A DNA stretch of 64,000 bases, from positions 1,312,001 to 1,376,000 of the forward strand of contig OZ253375.1 of the NCBI GenBank assembly GCA_965261005.1, given 5' to 3'. The number at the start of each line of letters is the position of its first letter. Within the stretch, counting starts at the first letter, position 1. This DNA comes from Deinococcus sp. Lineage in GTDB: Bacteria > Deinococcota > Deinococci > Deinococcales > Deinococcaceae. This document shows, piece after piece, positions 43,386-53,169 of the stretch. The notes beneath the pieces were generated by a model, which saw nothing but the letters and a program-made list of their open reading frames with translations, had not been told where the DNA came from and searched no databases. Both the position numbers and the translations under genes were made by a program.

Positions 43386-44354
43386 TTAGGAATTGCCTGA
43401 GTTCACCCTCTCCACGTCGCTCAGCTTGTTCACGTCCACCGCCACCACGCTCCGCAGGTCATGCCTGTACATCGAGGCGAACTTGGCGTTCCAAGTCACC
43501 TCGGCGGCCCGGTAGGAGGTGCGGGCGCGCACGGTTTGGAAGAGGGTATCGTCCATGCCGCGCAGCAGCACCAAAAACTCGGTTTCGCTGCTCGCCAGTT
43601 CTCGCGCGTCCACGCCGGAAAGGGGGCTATTTTCGTCGATGGGATGCACCACCGTCCAGGCCAGCGGGAAAAAGGCGACCTGCTGGCGCGCCAGTTCTAG
43701 GGAGTAGAAGCGCCGCGACCGGCCCTCGCCCTCGCCCTCGAAGCGGCTCAACGTCACCTCGGCCTCCAAGTCGATCAGTTGGGTCCGCAGGCCGTTGACG
43801 ACCCGGAACATCCAGGCGTGGCCGTCCTGATACGGCGCCACCACCGCCCGCTCGCTGAAGATGACGCGACTCATCGGGCGCGAAAAGCGGGCAAACACGA
43901 TGCCGGTCGCCAGCGCCACGCCCAGCAAGCCGACCAACGCTTCCAGCGTGACCAAGGCGTTGGCCGCCACGCCCTCGGGCGTCACCTTGCCGTAGCCGAT
44001 GGTCGCAAAGGTCTGCACGCTGAAGAAGAACGCCTGCAAAAACGGGCTGCCGAGCTTCGAGTCGGGCGCCACCGCGAGGGCGTTCGGTCCCAGGGCCAGG
44101 TAGGCCAGCGCGAACAGGACGTTGACCAGCAGGTAGCCCAGCACCACCAAGCCCCCGAAACCCCACCACGGCAGGGTGATCAGGGCGTAGTAGGGATTCA
44201 ACGAGGCCCAAAAGGAGAGGCCGGTGCGGCGGCTGTTGAAGCTGCCGTCCTTGTTCACGAAGCGCCCGGCGCTTTCCTGCGCCAGCACGCGGCCGAGGCC
44301 CAGGTCCGCCTGGTTCTCGGCCGCCTGGTTCTTGGGCCGGGGCGCCTCGCTCAT
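43386..44354 (-). CDS. Inward-rectifier potassium channel (KirBac-like)
   Basis: [14 protein letters not shown] filter, [24 protein letters not shown]. Confidence 0.93.
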   Translation of the reverse strand: MSEAPRPKNQAAENQADLGLGRVLAQESAGRFVNKDGSFNSRRTGLSFWASLNPYYALITLPWWGFGGLVVLGYLLVNVLFALAYLALGPNALAVAPDSKLGSPFLQAFFFSVQTFATIGYGKVTPEGVAANALVTLEALVGLLGVALATGIVFARFSRPMSRVIFSERAVVAPYQDGHAWMFRVVNGLRTQLIDLEAEVTLSRFEGEGEGRSRRFYSLELARQQVAFFPLAWTVVHPIDENSPLSGVDARELASSETEFLVLLRGMDDTLFQTVRARTSYRAAEVTWNAKFASMYRHDLRSVVAVDVNKLSDVERVNSGNS

Positions 44355-44407
44355 GCTGGCGACTGTAGCGCGTCCAAAGCGCAAAAGCCCGGCGCTAAAC
44401 TCGGCGC

Positions 44408-46078
44408 ATGACCCAAACGCCCACCCAACAGCCCGGCGGCACGTGGCAAGGCGCGCTTAAGCAGCTCGCAAGCGACCTCGCTACAGTGCGTGAGGGCGGC
44501 GGCGCCAAGGCGGTTCAGCGCCAGCACGACAAGGGGCGCCTGAGCGCCCGCGAGCGCGTAGCCAAGCTGATAGACCCCGGCACCCCCTTCGACGAATTGA
44601 TGACCTTCGCGGGTTGGGAGATGTACCCGGAGGCGGGCGGCTGCCCCTCGGGCGGCACGGTGGCGGGCGTCGGGACGGTGGCGGGGCGTCCCTGGATGAT
44701 CGTGGCGAACGACGCGACCGTCAAGGCGGGCGCCTTTTTTCCCATCACCGCCAAAAAGGTGATCCGGGCGCAGACCATCGCGCTGGAAAACCGCTTGCCG
44801 GTCATCTACCTGGTGGACTCCGCCGGCGTGTACCTGCCGATGCAGGACGAGATCTTTCCCGACCAGGACGACTTCGGGCGGGTCTTTTACCTGAACGCGC
44901 GCCTCTCGGCCTTGGGCGTGCCACAGCTGGCCGCCATCATGGGCAACTGCGTGGCGGGCGGGGCCTACCTGCCGGTGATGTGCGACACCCTGGTGATGAC
45001 CGAGGGGTCGGGCCTCTACCTGGCGGGGCCGGCGCTGGTCAGGGCGGCTATCGGGCAGAGCGTGGACTCCGAGGAACTGGGCGGCGCCGGGATGCACGCG
45101 GCCATCTCGGGGACGGTGGACTACAAGGAGCCGGACGACGGGGCGGCCCTCGCGCGCCTGCGCTCACTGGCCGAGCTGTACGCCCCCGGCGATCTGGCCC
45201 CCTGGGCGCGCGGGCGCAAGGAGGCGAAAGAACCGATAGGCGGCGACCTCACCGACCTCGTCAGCCTCAACGGCGCGCGGCCCTACGACGTGCGCGACCT
45301 GATCGCGCGCCTGGCCGACGGGGGCGCGGGTGGGGCGCCAAGCTTTCAGGAGTACAAGCGCGAGTACGGCGAGACCCTGGTGTGCGGCTTCGCGCGGCTG
45401 GGCGGCTTTCCGGTGGGCTTTGTCGCCAACCAGCGCACCGTCATCAAGAAAAAGCTCAAGGCGGGCGGCTTGCCGGGCCTCACCTCGCGGCTGGAACTCG
45501 GCGGCGTGATCTACGGCGACGCGGCGGACAAGGCGGCGCGCTTTATCCTCGACGCCAACCAGGCCGGCGTGCCGCTGATTTTCCTGTCGGATGTGACCGG
45601 CTTTATGGTGGGGCGCGACTCCGAGCAGGAAGGCATCATCCGGCGCGGGGCCAAGCTGGTGAACGCCGTGAGCAACAGCGTGGTGCCCCGCTTGACCGTC
45701 ATCACCGGGGGCAGCTTTGGCGCGGGCAACTACGCCATGAGCGGCAAGGCCTACGCGCCGCGCTTTCTGTTCGCTTGGCCCAGCGCCAAGTACGCCGTCA
45801 TGAGCGGCAACGCCGCCGCCAAGACGCTGCTCGACATCCAGCTCGCCGCCCTCAAGCGCGCGGGGCACGAACCCGACGACGCGGAGCTGCAAGCTCTGTA
45901 TGAAGAGGTCAAGGCCAAATACGACCAGGAACTCGACCCCCGCTACGCCGCCGCCCGGCTGTGGGTGGACGAGATTATTCCACCGAACGACACCCGCGAA
46001 AGACTGATCCGGGCGCTGGAAGTCTGCGCGCAGAACCCAGCGCAGGAGGAGCTGAGGGTGGGCGTGTTTCAAGTGTAG
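44408..46078 (+). CDS. Acyl-CoA carboxylase beta subunit (methylcrotonyl-CoA carboxylase-like)
   Basis: ANDATVKAG, GNCVAGGAY, DVTGFMVG, GGSFGAGNYAM, AARLWVD. Confidence 0.93.
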   Translation: MTQTPTQQPGGTWQGALKQLASDLATVREGGGAKAVQRQHDKGRLSARERVAKLIDPGTPFDELMTFAGWEMYPEAGGCPSGGTVAGVGTVAGRPWMIVANDATVKAGAFFPITAKKVIRAQTIALENRLPVIYLVDSAGVYLPMQDEIFPDQDDFGRVFYLNARLSALGVPQLAAIMGNCVAGGAYLPVMCDTLVMTEGSGLYLAGPALVRAAIGQSVDSEELGGAGMHAAISGTVDYKEPDDGAALARLRSLAELYAPGDLAPWARGRKEAKEPIGGDLTDLVSLNGARPYDVRDLIARLADGGAGGAPSFQEYKREYGETLVCGFARLGGFPVGFVANQRTVIKKKLKAGGLPGLTSRLELGGVIYGDAADKAARFILDANQAGVPLIFLSDVTGFMVGRDSEQEGIIRRGAKLVNAVSNSVVPRLTVITGGSFGAGNYAMSGKAYAPRFLFAWPSAKYAVMSGNAAAKTLLDIQLAALKRAGHEPDDAELQALYEEVKAKYDQELDPRYAAARLWVDEIIPPNDTRERLIRALEVCAQNPAQEELRVGVFQV

Positions 46079-46090
46079 GAGCGCGGGGCA

Positions 46091-46738
46091 TCACGGCCGG
46101 GGCAGCAGATCGCCCTGCAAGAAGAACACGCACAGCCCGTAGACCGGGGCGCCGGGGTCGTCCTCGGCAAATTCGCCCAGCAGCGCTTGCAGGCGGTCGC
46201 GGAAGACGCCGGCCCGCTCGGGGGTGAAGCGCACGCCGCCCACGCTGGTCAGGAAGGGTTGGCCGTTCAGCAGCCCGCCTTCGTGCGCGGCGTCCGGCAA
46301 GAGCTGCGCCCAAAGGTGACCTTCGTGGAGCCGTAGCGTGACCCCCTGCAGCGCGGCGCCCGACACCCTCGACCCGAGGTGTTCGTACAGGCGCCGCATT
46401 CTCGGCTCGGCCTGCTGGGCGAAGAGGTCGGTGAGGGTGGCCGCGCTGGTCAGCCCGAAGGGAACCGTCCATTCCTGCCTGGCGCTGGCGTAAAGCTTGA
46501 CGGTGTGGCCGGTAACAGTGCGGCCGGCCCGCTTTTCCTCGCGCGCCACGGCGATGCCCGCCGCCAAGAGGCGCCGCAAGCGGTCATAGGCGCGCTGAAT
46601 CGGCAGGTCGAGCCGGCGCGCGACCTCGGACGCCGACACCTCGCCCAGCAGCAGCAGTTCGATCAGCCTGAAGTGCTTGGGATCGAGCAGCAGCGCGGCC
46701 TGCTCGCGCGTGACGCCGCTCCGCTTTGGGTCTGTCAT
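46091..46738 (-). CDS. Winged-helix transcription regulator
   Basis: SASEVARRL....AYDRLRRLLAAG HTH; divergent from the MFS gene. Confidence 0.8.
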   Translation of the reverse strand: MTDPKRSGVTREQAALLLDPKHFRLIELLLLGEVSASEVARRLDLPIQRAYDRLRRLLAAGIAVAREEKRAGRTVTGHTVKLYASARQEWTVPFGLTSAATLTDLFAQQAEPRMRRLYEHLGSRVSGAALQGVTLRLHEGHLWAQLLPDAAHEGGLLNGQPFLTSVGGVRFTPERAGVFRDRLQALLGEFAEDDPGAPVYGLCVFFLQGDLLPRP

Positions 46739-46768
46739 CCGGAGCAGCCTAGCGCGCAGGCTCAACGC

Positions 46769-48010
46769 ATGACGCCAGAAAAACGGACGCCGGGAAGACT
46801 TTGGAACAAGAACTTCGTCCTGTGGTGGCTGGGCAGCGCGCAGAGCGCCTTCGGTTCGTCCATGGGGGAGATCGCCCTCTCGTTTCTGGTGCTGAGAATC
46901 ACCGGCAGCGCGGGCGCGATGGGCGTCAACTTGGCCTTGTCGCTGCTGCCGGGGTTGCTGACGCCGCTGGCAGGCACCTGGGTGGACCGCTTGCCCCTCA
47001 AGCCGCCGCTGATCTTGGGCGACCTGTTGCGCGGCGTGATCATGGGCGGGGTGGGGCTGTGGGCGCTCTCGGGTTCGGTGCCGCTGGCAGTTCTGAACGG
47101 CTTGGCGCTGGCGCTGGGCCTGATTGGGGCGTTCTACGAACCGGCGGAGGGCGCGCTGATTCCGGCCCTGGTGCCGCAGGACCAGTTGGCCCGCGCCAAC
47201 GGCCTGATCGGCGCGGCCGGCCGGACGGCGGGCCTGCTCGGCTTGGTGGGCGGCGGCCTGCTGGTCGGCCGTTTCGGCAGCGCCTGGCCGCTGTTGGTGG
47301 ACGGGGCGACCTTTTTGGTGATGGCGGCCGTCTTACCGTTCGTGAACATGCCGGGACGGGCAGCGAGCCGGGAGCAGAACGGCTTTTGGGCGGACTTCGG
47401 GGCGGGCGTGGCGCGGGTGCGCTCCTCGCGTTTGCTCATGCTGATGCCGGTGATCGGCCTTCTGGTCAACGCCAGCATCGCCCCCATGCAGATGCTGTTG
47501 CCGAAGCGCCTGCTCGACCTGGGCGCTGGGGCGGCCAGCTACGGCGTCCTGGTGGGCTGCGTGTTCGGCGGCATGGTGCTGGGGAGCGCCCTGTTCGCCG
47601 TCGTCGGCGCCCGGCTGAACGTCAAGTTCGCCGTTGGCGCGGGCGTCGCCCTGATCGGCGGCGCGCTGACGGCGATGGCCTTTCTGCCCCCGGTTCAGGT
47701 GCTGTGGCTGCTCGGCGCCGGGGTGGGACTCGGCAGCGGCGTGACGGGCGCGGGACTCTCGACCCTGACGCAACGCTTGGTGGAACGCGAATTCCTGGGC
47801 CGGGTGCTGAGCTTGCGCGACATGCTGGGCCAGCTCGGCATGCCGCTCACCCTGCTGCTGCTCGCGCCCGTCGCGGACAACGCAAACTTCGCGCTGGTCT
47901 TCGCGGGCGCGGGCGCTGGGGCGCTGGCGGCGAGCGGCGTGTGGGCGCTGTGGGGCCGGGACGAGCAGACGGCCAGAACGGGAGAGGGCGGGGAGGCGCC
48001 CCAAGGGTAA
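46769..48010 (+). CDS. MFS transporter (DHA3-like)
   Basis: WNKNF.LWW.G, GTWVDR, about 12 TMs, LGRVLS. Confidence 0.9.
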   Translation: MTPEKRTPGRLWNKNFVLWWLGSAQSAFGSSMGEIALSFLVLRITGSAGAMGVNLALSLLPGLLTPLAGTWVDRLPLKPPLILGDLLRGVIMGGVGLWALSGSVPLAVLNGLALALGLIGAFYEPAEGALIPALVPQDQLARANGLIGAAGRTAGLLGLVGGGLLVGRFGSAWPLLVDGATFLVMAAVLPFVNMPGRAASREQNGFWADFGAGVARVRSSRLLMLMPVIGLLVNASIAPMQMLLPKRLLDLGAGAASYGVLVGCVFGGMVLGSALFAVVGARLNVKFAVGAGVALIGGALTAMAFLPPVQVLWLLGAGVGLGSGVTGAGLSTLTQRLVEREFLGRVLSLRDMLGQLGMPLTLLLLAPVADNANFALVFAGAGAGALAASGVWALWGRDEQTARTGEGGEAPQG

Positions 48011-48030
48011 GGCCCGTCAACTGTTTGCCG

Positions 48031-49155
48031 TCAAGCCCGCCCACGCGCTTCCCTCACGTCTATGACCTCTTGGTAGATGGCCTCCAGCTGACGGGTCTGC
48101 GCCCGAATGTCAAAGTTCTTCTCGACGTGCGCCCGTCCCGCCCTGCCCATGCGGGCGCGCAAATCCGGATTCTCCAGCAGCTTGATGATGTTGTCGCTGA
48201 GGGCCGCAAGATCGCCGGTTTCCGACAAAAGGCCAGTCACGCCGTTCACGACCGCCTCGTTCACGCCGGAATTGGCGTAGGCGACGACCGGAAGCTCCAT
48301 CGCCTGGGCCTCCGCGTAGACCAGGCCGAAGGCCTCGTCGCGGCTCGGCAGGCAAAAGAGCGAGGCGCGGTTCATCAGCCCGGCGACGCTCTCGGGAGAC
48401 TGAACGCCCAAAAATTCGGCGTTGACGTTCAATTCCTGCGCCCTGGCTTTCAGCGCCTCCTCCATGTCCCCGCTGCCGACGATCAGCAGGCGAACGTCCG
48501 GGAAGCGGGCCTGAACTGCGGGCATGGCGCCCAACAAGTCGGGGGCGCCCTTGCGCTCGATCAAGCGGCCGACGCTCAGAATCGAAAGCTCCCGCTCCGC
48601 TTCTGCGGGAGAAAACGCCTCCAAGTCTATGCCGATGTAATGAACGGCGATCTTCTCGGCGGGGCACTCCAATTCGAGCAAGCGGTTCTTCAAAAAGTGG
48701 GAGACCGCGATCACTTTGTCTGCCCGCTCGAACAGATACTTTCTGTTCGCGACGTAGTAGCCATAAGAGCGCGGGTAAGGCTTTTTGATAAAACCGACGT
48801 CATACCCATGAAACGTCACGACAAACGGCAGGTTAAGTTTTTTAACTGCCGGCAGAATCCACAGGGCGTCCGGGCCGAAGTGGGCGTGAAGCAGGGAAAA
48901 GTTATGGCTTTTAATTCTGTTGATGAAGCTGCCCGGTATCCTTTTCAACAGCTTCAGGAGGTTGACTTCCAGAGATTTTGTAAAGTTCTTTTTGGAAAAG
49001 ATCAGCAACTCCACTGGAATATCGTACCCATGTCGCACTTCCCAGAAGCCGACCAGAACGGGGCTAAAACTCTTCAGGCTGACGACCTGATTGAGAATAA
49101 ACGTTTCCGAGTACGGCAAAATTTTTTCTCTAAAGATGGCTATATTTTTCTTCAT
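48031..49155 (-). CDS. GT4 glycosyltransferase (WcaL/AmsK-like)
   Basis: SETFI, HAHFG, TFHGYD, VGRLIERKG, EAFGLVYAEAQA; AT-rich 5' half. Confidence 0.92.
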   Translation of the reverse strand: MKKNIAIFREKILPYSETFILNQVVSLKSFSPVLVGFWEVRHGYDIPVELLIFSKKNFTKSLEVNLLKLLKRIPGSFINRIKSHNFSLLHAHFGPDALWILPAVKKLNLPFVVTFHGYDVGFIKKPYPRSYGYYVANRKYLFERADKVIAVSHFLKNRLLELECPAEKIAVHYIGIDLEAFSPAEAERELSILSVGRLIERKGAPDLLGAMPAVQARFPDVRLLIVGSGDMEEALKARAQELNVNAEFLGVQSPESVAGLMNRASLFCLPSRDEAFGLVYAEAQAMELPVVAYANSGVNEAVVNGVTGLLSETGDLAALSDNIIKLLENPDLRARMGRAGRAHVEKNFDIRAQTRQLEAIYQEVIDVREARGRA

Positions 49156-49249
49156 ACCAGCGCCCTCACGTCCACAGCGAAGCACCCGACGGCGTGTGAA
49201 ACATTTGGGCGGGCGCTGGTGAGCTTGGTGAATGCCGGCGCCCGCCGGA

Positions 49250-49600
49250 TCAGCGCCCCAACTCGAACAGCGCCGCGCTGGGACATAGGTCGCGCAGCAC
49301 GCAGGCCGGGCAGCTCGGGGCGCGGGCGCGGCGGGTTTCGCGACCGTGGCGGATCATGGCGACGTGGTAGCCGCACTGCCCGTCCCAGCTGTAATCGGCG
49401 GTGCGAGCGAGACCGCCGCCTGCCGCGCGTAGGGTGTCCGCAACGGCGTCCAGGTCGGCCAGCAGCGCCTCTTGCCAAGTGCCGAAGGCCGCCTTCAGGA
49501 CCGCGAATTGTCGCCGGGTGATGGGGGCGGTGTTTTGCTGGCTCAGGATGGTGGAAATCAGGCCGCTGAGGGGTTCGGGGTCGCGCCGGGGGCGGGGCAA
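49250..49600 (-). pseudogene. Truncated, internally deleted copy of endonuclease III (nth)
   Basis: Colinear with 51791-52504 but lacks the 5' end and a 270-bp HhH-containing segment. Confidence 0.88.
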
Positions 49601-49609
49601 GCGTGTGAA

Positions 49610-49750
49610 TTATACGGATGTCGAGGAGTTCCCATGCCGCGTACGAACTCTTTCGAGTGGAACGAGTAGGCAAAAGATACTTTCCTCCGCGGTGTAGAGC
49701 AGCACCCGAAACAGCGCCCGATGTTGAGGAGCCAAGCAGAATTTGTATGA
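49610..49750. mobile_element. Degenerate MITE-like repeat of a second subtype
   Basis: Imperfect ends TTATACGGAT...ATTTGTATGA; shares the core CGAGTGGAACGAGTAG (49654-49669) with copies 1 and 2. Confidence 0.55.
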
Positions 49751-49844
49751 CTTCCCAACGAAGCAAATTTAAAAAGAAGCGGACTTCGCAATGTTGACTT
49801 GTTAGAGGTTGATAAATATCTCTCAAATTCTGTTAAAGTGAGAT

Positions 49845-51503
49845 ATGAAAAAAGTCACAAACTTCAAGGGCAGCGGTCAAGTTTTGCTCGCTGTTCTCAC
49901 CGCAGGAATGCTGAGTGCTTGTGGCAAGACGGCTGTGAATCAGCAAGCTTCAGGGAATATCCGGAGTCAGGCGATTACCTGTATAGGGCTGCTTGACGCT
50001 AAGGGCGTCGCGGCGAGCGTGGCGCAGGTAAGCAACCCGGCGGCTCACGCCATTGATGGCGACCTCACGACCCGCTGGTCCGGCAAGGGGACCGGGTCGT
50101 TCATCACTGCGGACTTGGGCGCCTCCAAACGCGTGTGTGGATTGAACGTGGGATGGTATTTGGGTGACGCCCGGACCAACAACTTCAGCGTGTCGGTTTC
50201 GGAAGACGGCAGCCAGTTCAAGACGGTCTTTTCGGGAACGAGTGCCAGGACGCTCGCCCGGCAATCCTTCACCTTCGCCCCCGAGCTGGCCCGCTACGTG
50301 CGACTCAGCGTGAACGGCAACTCGCAAAACGATTGGGCGAGCGTCACCGAGCTTCAGGTTGCAGGCGCCGCGACCGGTTTCGTTCACCCGGGCATTCTGG
50401 TGAGCGGCGGGCAGCTTAACGTGGTCAGGGCCAAGGTTGCGGCGAGGGCCGAACCCTGGACGTCGCTTTTGAGCCGGGCCAAGACCAGCCGCCTCGGCCA
50501 GCTGAGTTGGGTGGCGGCACCCGTCGCGGAGATGCGCTGCGGCGCGCATGACTCGCCGGACGTGGGCTGCTCGCGCTCACGTGACGACGCCGCCGCCGCT
50601 TACACCCAGGCGTTGATCTGGGCCTACACGGGTGACCGTGCCTACGCGGCAAACGCAATCGGCATTCTCAACGCCTACGCCTCGCGCCTCAAGATGATCC
50701 GCATGGACAGCTCGGACCCGAGCCTTTCCAACGGTGTCATTCAGGCGGCCTGGCTGGGCGAGATGTTTCCGCGCGCCGCCGAGATTCTGCGCTATACCGA
50801 TAGCGGCTGGTCGGGTGCGGACGCGCAAAACTTCGGAGCCTTTCTGAAACAAGTCATGCTGCCCCACGTCGCTGGCGGCTGGAAGTGGAGTCCCAACAAC
50901 TGGGAATTGTCCATGGCAGACGCCATGGTGAACATTGGCATCTACGCCGACGACCGCGCAACCTTCGACCGGGGCGTGGCCCTGTGGCGCTCCCGCACGC
51001 CCAGCTACATCTATCTCTCGACGGACGGACCCCTGCCGGTGGCGACAGACGTCTACAACACCCGCGACAAACTCATCACGCTGTGGCACGGTCAGACGAC
51101 CTTTGTGGACGGCCTGGGCCAAGAGACGTGCCGCGACTTCGGCCATCAGAGCATGGGGCTGGCCTCCATAGTGAACGTGGCCGAGACGGCACAGCTTCAG
51201 GGTTTGAACCTCTACGGCGAGCAGCAGCGCAGAATTTCCGCCGGGCTGGAGTTTCAGGCGCGCTACCTGAACCGCAACCAAACCAGCGTGGAAAGCTGGC
51301 TGTGCGGAGGCAAGCTGAAGCTGACGCTGATGCCCACCTACGAGATCGGTTACAACCACTACGGGCTGCGCCGCGGCCTCGCGCTCCCGGAGCTTGCCAA
51401 GCTCGCCAGCCGCGTCCGCAGCTCAGGACCTTGGTACACCAACATCCAGATGGCCTGGGAAAGCCTTACGCACGCAGGTCTCGGTTCGGCGGAACTGCCG
51501 TGA
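49845..51503 (+). CDS. Lipoprotein: F5/8 type C (CBM32) domain plus alginate lyase-like domain
   Basis: Lipobox LSAC; AIDGD..TRWS...ARYVRL; FVHPG, NNWELSM, QETCRDFGH, WESLTHA. Confidence 0.85.
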   Translation: MKKVTNFKGSGQVLLAVLTAGMLSACGKTAVNQQASGNIRSQAITCIGLLDAKGVAASVAQVSNPAAHAIDGDLTTRWSGKGTGSFITADLGASKRVCGLNVGWYLGDARTNNFSVSVSEDGSQFKTVFSGTSARTLARQSFTFAPELARYVRLSVNGNSQNDWASVTELQVAGAATGFVHPGILVSGGQLNVVRAKVAARAEPWTSLLSRAKTSRLGQLSWVAAPVAEMRCGAHDSPDVGCSRSRDDAAAAYTQALIWAYTGDRAYAANAIGILNAYASRLKMIRMDSSDPSLSNGVIQAAWLGEMFPRAAEILRYTDSGWSGADAQNFGAFLKQVMLPHVAGGWKWSPNNWELSMADAMVNIGIYADDRATFDRGVALWRSRTPSYIYLSTDGPLPVATDVYNTRDKLITLWHGQTTFVDGLGQETCRDFGHQSMGLASIVNVAETAQLQGLNLYGEQQRRISAGLEFQARYLNRNQTSVESWLCGGKLKLTLMPTYEIGYNHYGLRRGLALPELAKLASRVRSSGPWYTNIQMAWESLTHAGLGSAELP

Positions 51504-51564
51504 CGCCCGGCACACGCCCCGAACGAACAGGCCGAAGGAACACTTCCCATCAAGGCGCTGGCCG

Positions 51565-51750
51565 TCAACGCGCTGGCTTCAGGTTCCGCCCCCGTTTTCC
51601 TCTTCCAATGACCTCTTGATAGATAGCTTCCAACTTGTGGGTCTGTTCCTGGAGGTCGAAATTTTCCCTGACGTGCGCCCGCCCCGCCTTGCCCATGCCG
51701 GCGCGCAAATCGGGGTCCTCCAGCAGCGTGACGATGTTGTCACTCACGGC
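51565..51750 (-). pseudogene. 3' fragment of the GT4 glycosyltransferase
   Basis: SDNIVTLLEDPDLRAGMGKAGRAHVRENFD...LEAIYQEVI parallels the C-terminus of 48031-49155. Confidence 0.85.
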
Positions 51751-51790
51751 CACAAGGAAGCACTTCACCCGGGGTGAAACATTTGGCGGA

Positions 51791-52504
51791 TCAGCGCCCC
51801 AACTCGAACAGCGCCGCGCTGGGACACAGATCGCGCAGCACGCAGCTGGGGCAGCTCGGGGCGCGAGCGCGGCAGGTTTCACGCCCGTGGCGGATCATGG
51901 CGACGTGGTAGCCGTATTGGGCGTCCCAGGTGTGCGGCAAGACCGTCTGATACCACGCCTCGATTTTGGGCGCCCCCCACTTCTCCGGCACCAAGCCCAG
52001 GCGGCGGCTGATGCGCTGAAGGTGGGTATCCACCGGCATGGCGGGGCGCAGCATGTCGAACAGCAGCACGCACGAGGCGGTCTTGGGGCCGACGCCGGGC
52101 AAGGCTTCGAGCCTGGCGCGCACCTCGGCGTCTCCCAGCCCGTACAGCCCTCTCAGGCTTAGCTCCCCCCCCTCCGAAAGGGCGTGCAGCACGTTCCAGA
52201 TGTAATCGGCCTTGGTGCGCGCGAGACCGCCGCCTGCCGCGCGCAGAACGCCTTCGATGGCGTCCGGACCGGCCAGCAGCGCCTCTTGCCAAGTGCCGAA
52301 GGCCGCCTTCAGGGCCGCGAATTGGCGCCGGGTGATGGGGGCGGTGTTTTGCTGGCTCAAGATGGTGGAGATCAGGCCGTTCAGCGGTTCGGGGTCGCGC
52401 CGGGGACGGGGCAAGTCGGGCAGATAGCGCCCCCGCACCCGGCCCGCGATCTCGGGCAATCGGGCGCGCTGGACCTCCAATTGGGTCTCCAGTTCGGTCG
52501 TCAC
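51791..52504 (-). CDS. nth: Endonuclease III / HhH-GPD glycosylase
   Basis: ILSQQ, LPGVGPKTA, PVDTH, CxxxxxxCxxCxxxxxC 4Fe-4S loop. Confidence 0.9.
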   Translation of the reverse strand: MTTELETQLEVQRARLPEIAGRVRGRYLPDLPRPRRDPEPLNGLISTILSQQNTAPITRRQFAALKAAFGTWQEALLAGPDAIEGVLRAAGGGLARTKADYIWNVLHALSEGGELSLRGLYGLGDAEVRARLEALPGVGPKTASCVLLFDMLRPAMPVDTHLQRISRRLGLVPEKWGAPKIEAWYQTVLPHTWDAQYGYHVAMIRHGRETCRARAPSCPSCVLRDLCPSAALFELGR

Positions 52505-53091
52505 TGCACCCGCTTGACCGTCTGGTTGCCCGCCGCGTCGAGAACCACCACGTCCACGGTGGTGCCCAGCGCCTCGGCGTAAAAGGCAACCCGGCGTCCC
52601 GGCGAGACGCTCAGCTTGCTGCCGTCCACCGTCACCGAGGCGACCTTGACGTCGTCGGTGGCGACGCCGGTGACGCGCAGCACGCCACCGTCGCGCTCCA
52701 GCTTGGTGATCTCGATGGTGGGCGGGTTGGGGTCGTAGCGCAGCGGCAAAATCAGCTTGGCGCTGCGGCCGGCGTTGTCGGTGGCCGCGATGGTGTACTC
52801 GGCGCGGTCGCTGGTCGCCGAGGTCTTGAAGGCGAAGGGCACGATCTTGCGCTTGCCCGCCGGCAGCTTGAGGGCGGTGCCATTGACGACCAAGCTGGCA
52901 ACCTCCTGGTCGTCGATGGCGTAGCCGCGCACCACGCTGCTGTTTTGCCGGGACACGCTGCCCGCCTCCGGCTCGGTGATGATGATGTGCGGCCGGAACG
53001 CGTCGCCCTCGCGGGCGCAGCTGCCCAGCACCAAGGGTCCCAGCGTCAAGAAGCCCAAGGGCAACAGGCGGGCTTGCAGTGCGCGGCGCAT
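52501..53091 (-). CDS. Lipoprotein with tandem Ig-like domains
   Basis: Lipobox LGSC; repeated V.G.A.DD..VAS..V.G and D.AG motifs. Confidence 0.75.
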   Translation of the reverse strand: MRRALQARLLPLGFLTLGPLVLGSCAREGDAFRPHIIITEPEAGSVSRQNSSVVRGYAIDDQEVASLVVNGTALKLPAGKRKIVPFAFKTSATSDRAEYTIAATDNAGRSAKLILPLRYDPNPPTIEITKLERDGGVLRVTGVATDDVKVASVTVDGSKLSVSPGRRVAFYAEALGTTVDVVVLDAAGNQTVKRVQ

Positions 53092-53169
53092 GCGCCGAAT
53101 ATACAGGCCAGGAGTCTTATAGGAGTCTCAGATGCGCCCAACGACACCCAACCTCAAGACCACACCCTC

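Noticed and set aside
46801..49521. 906-aa plus-strand ORF and other long alternative ORFs (e.g. 76-924, 1777-2991, 5653-7155, 15322-17136, 17240-18934, 59448-61130)
   Set aside because: Off-frame or antisense shadows of well-supported genes; expected in high-GC DNA and lacking motifs
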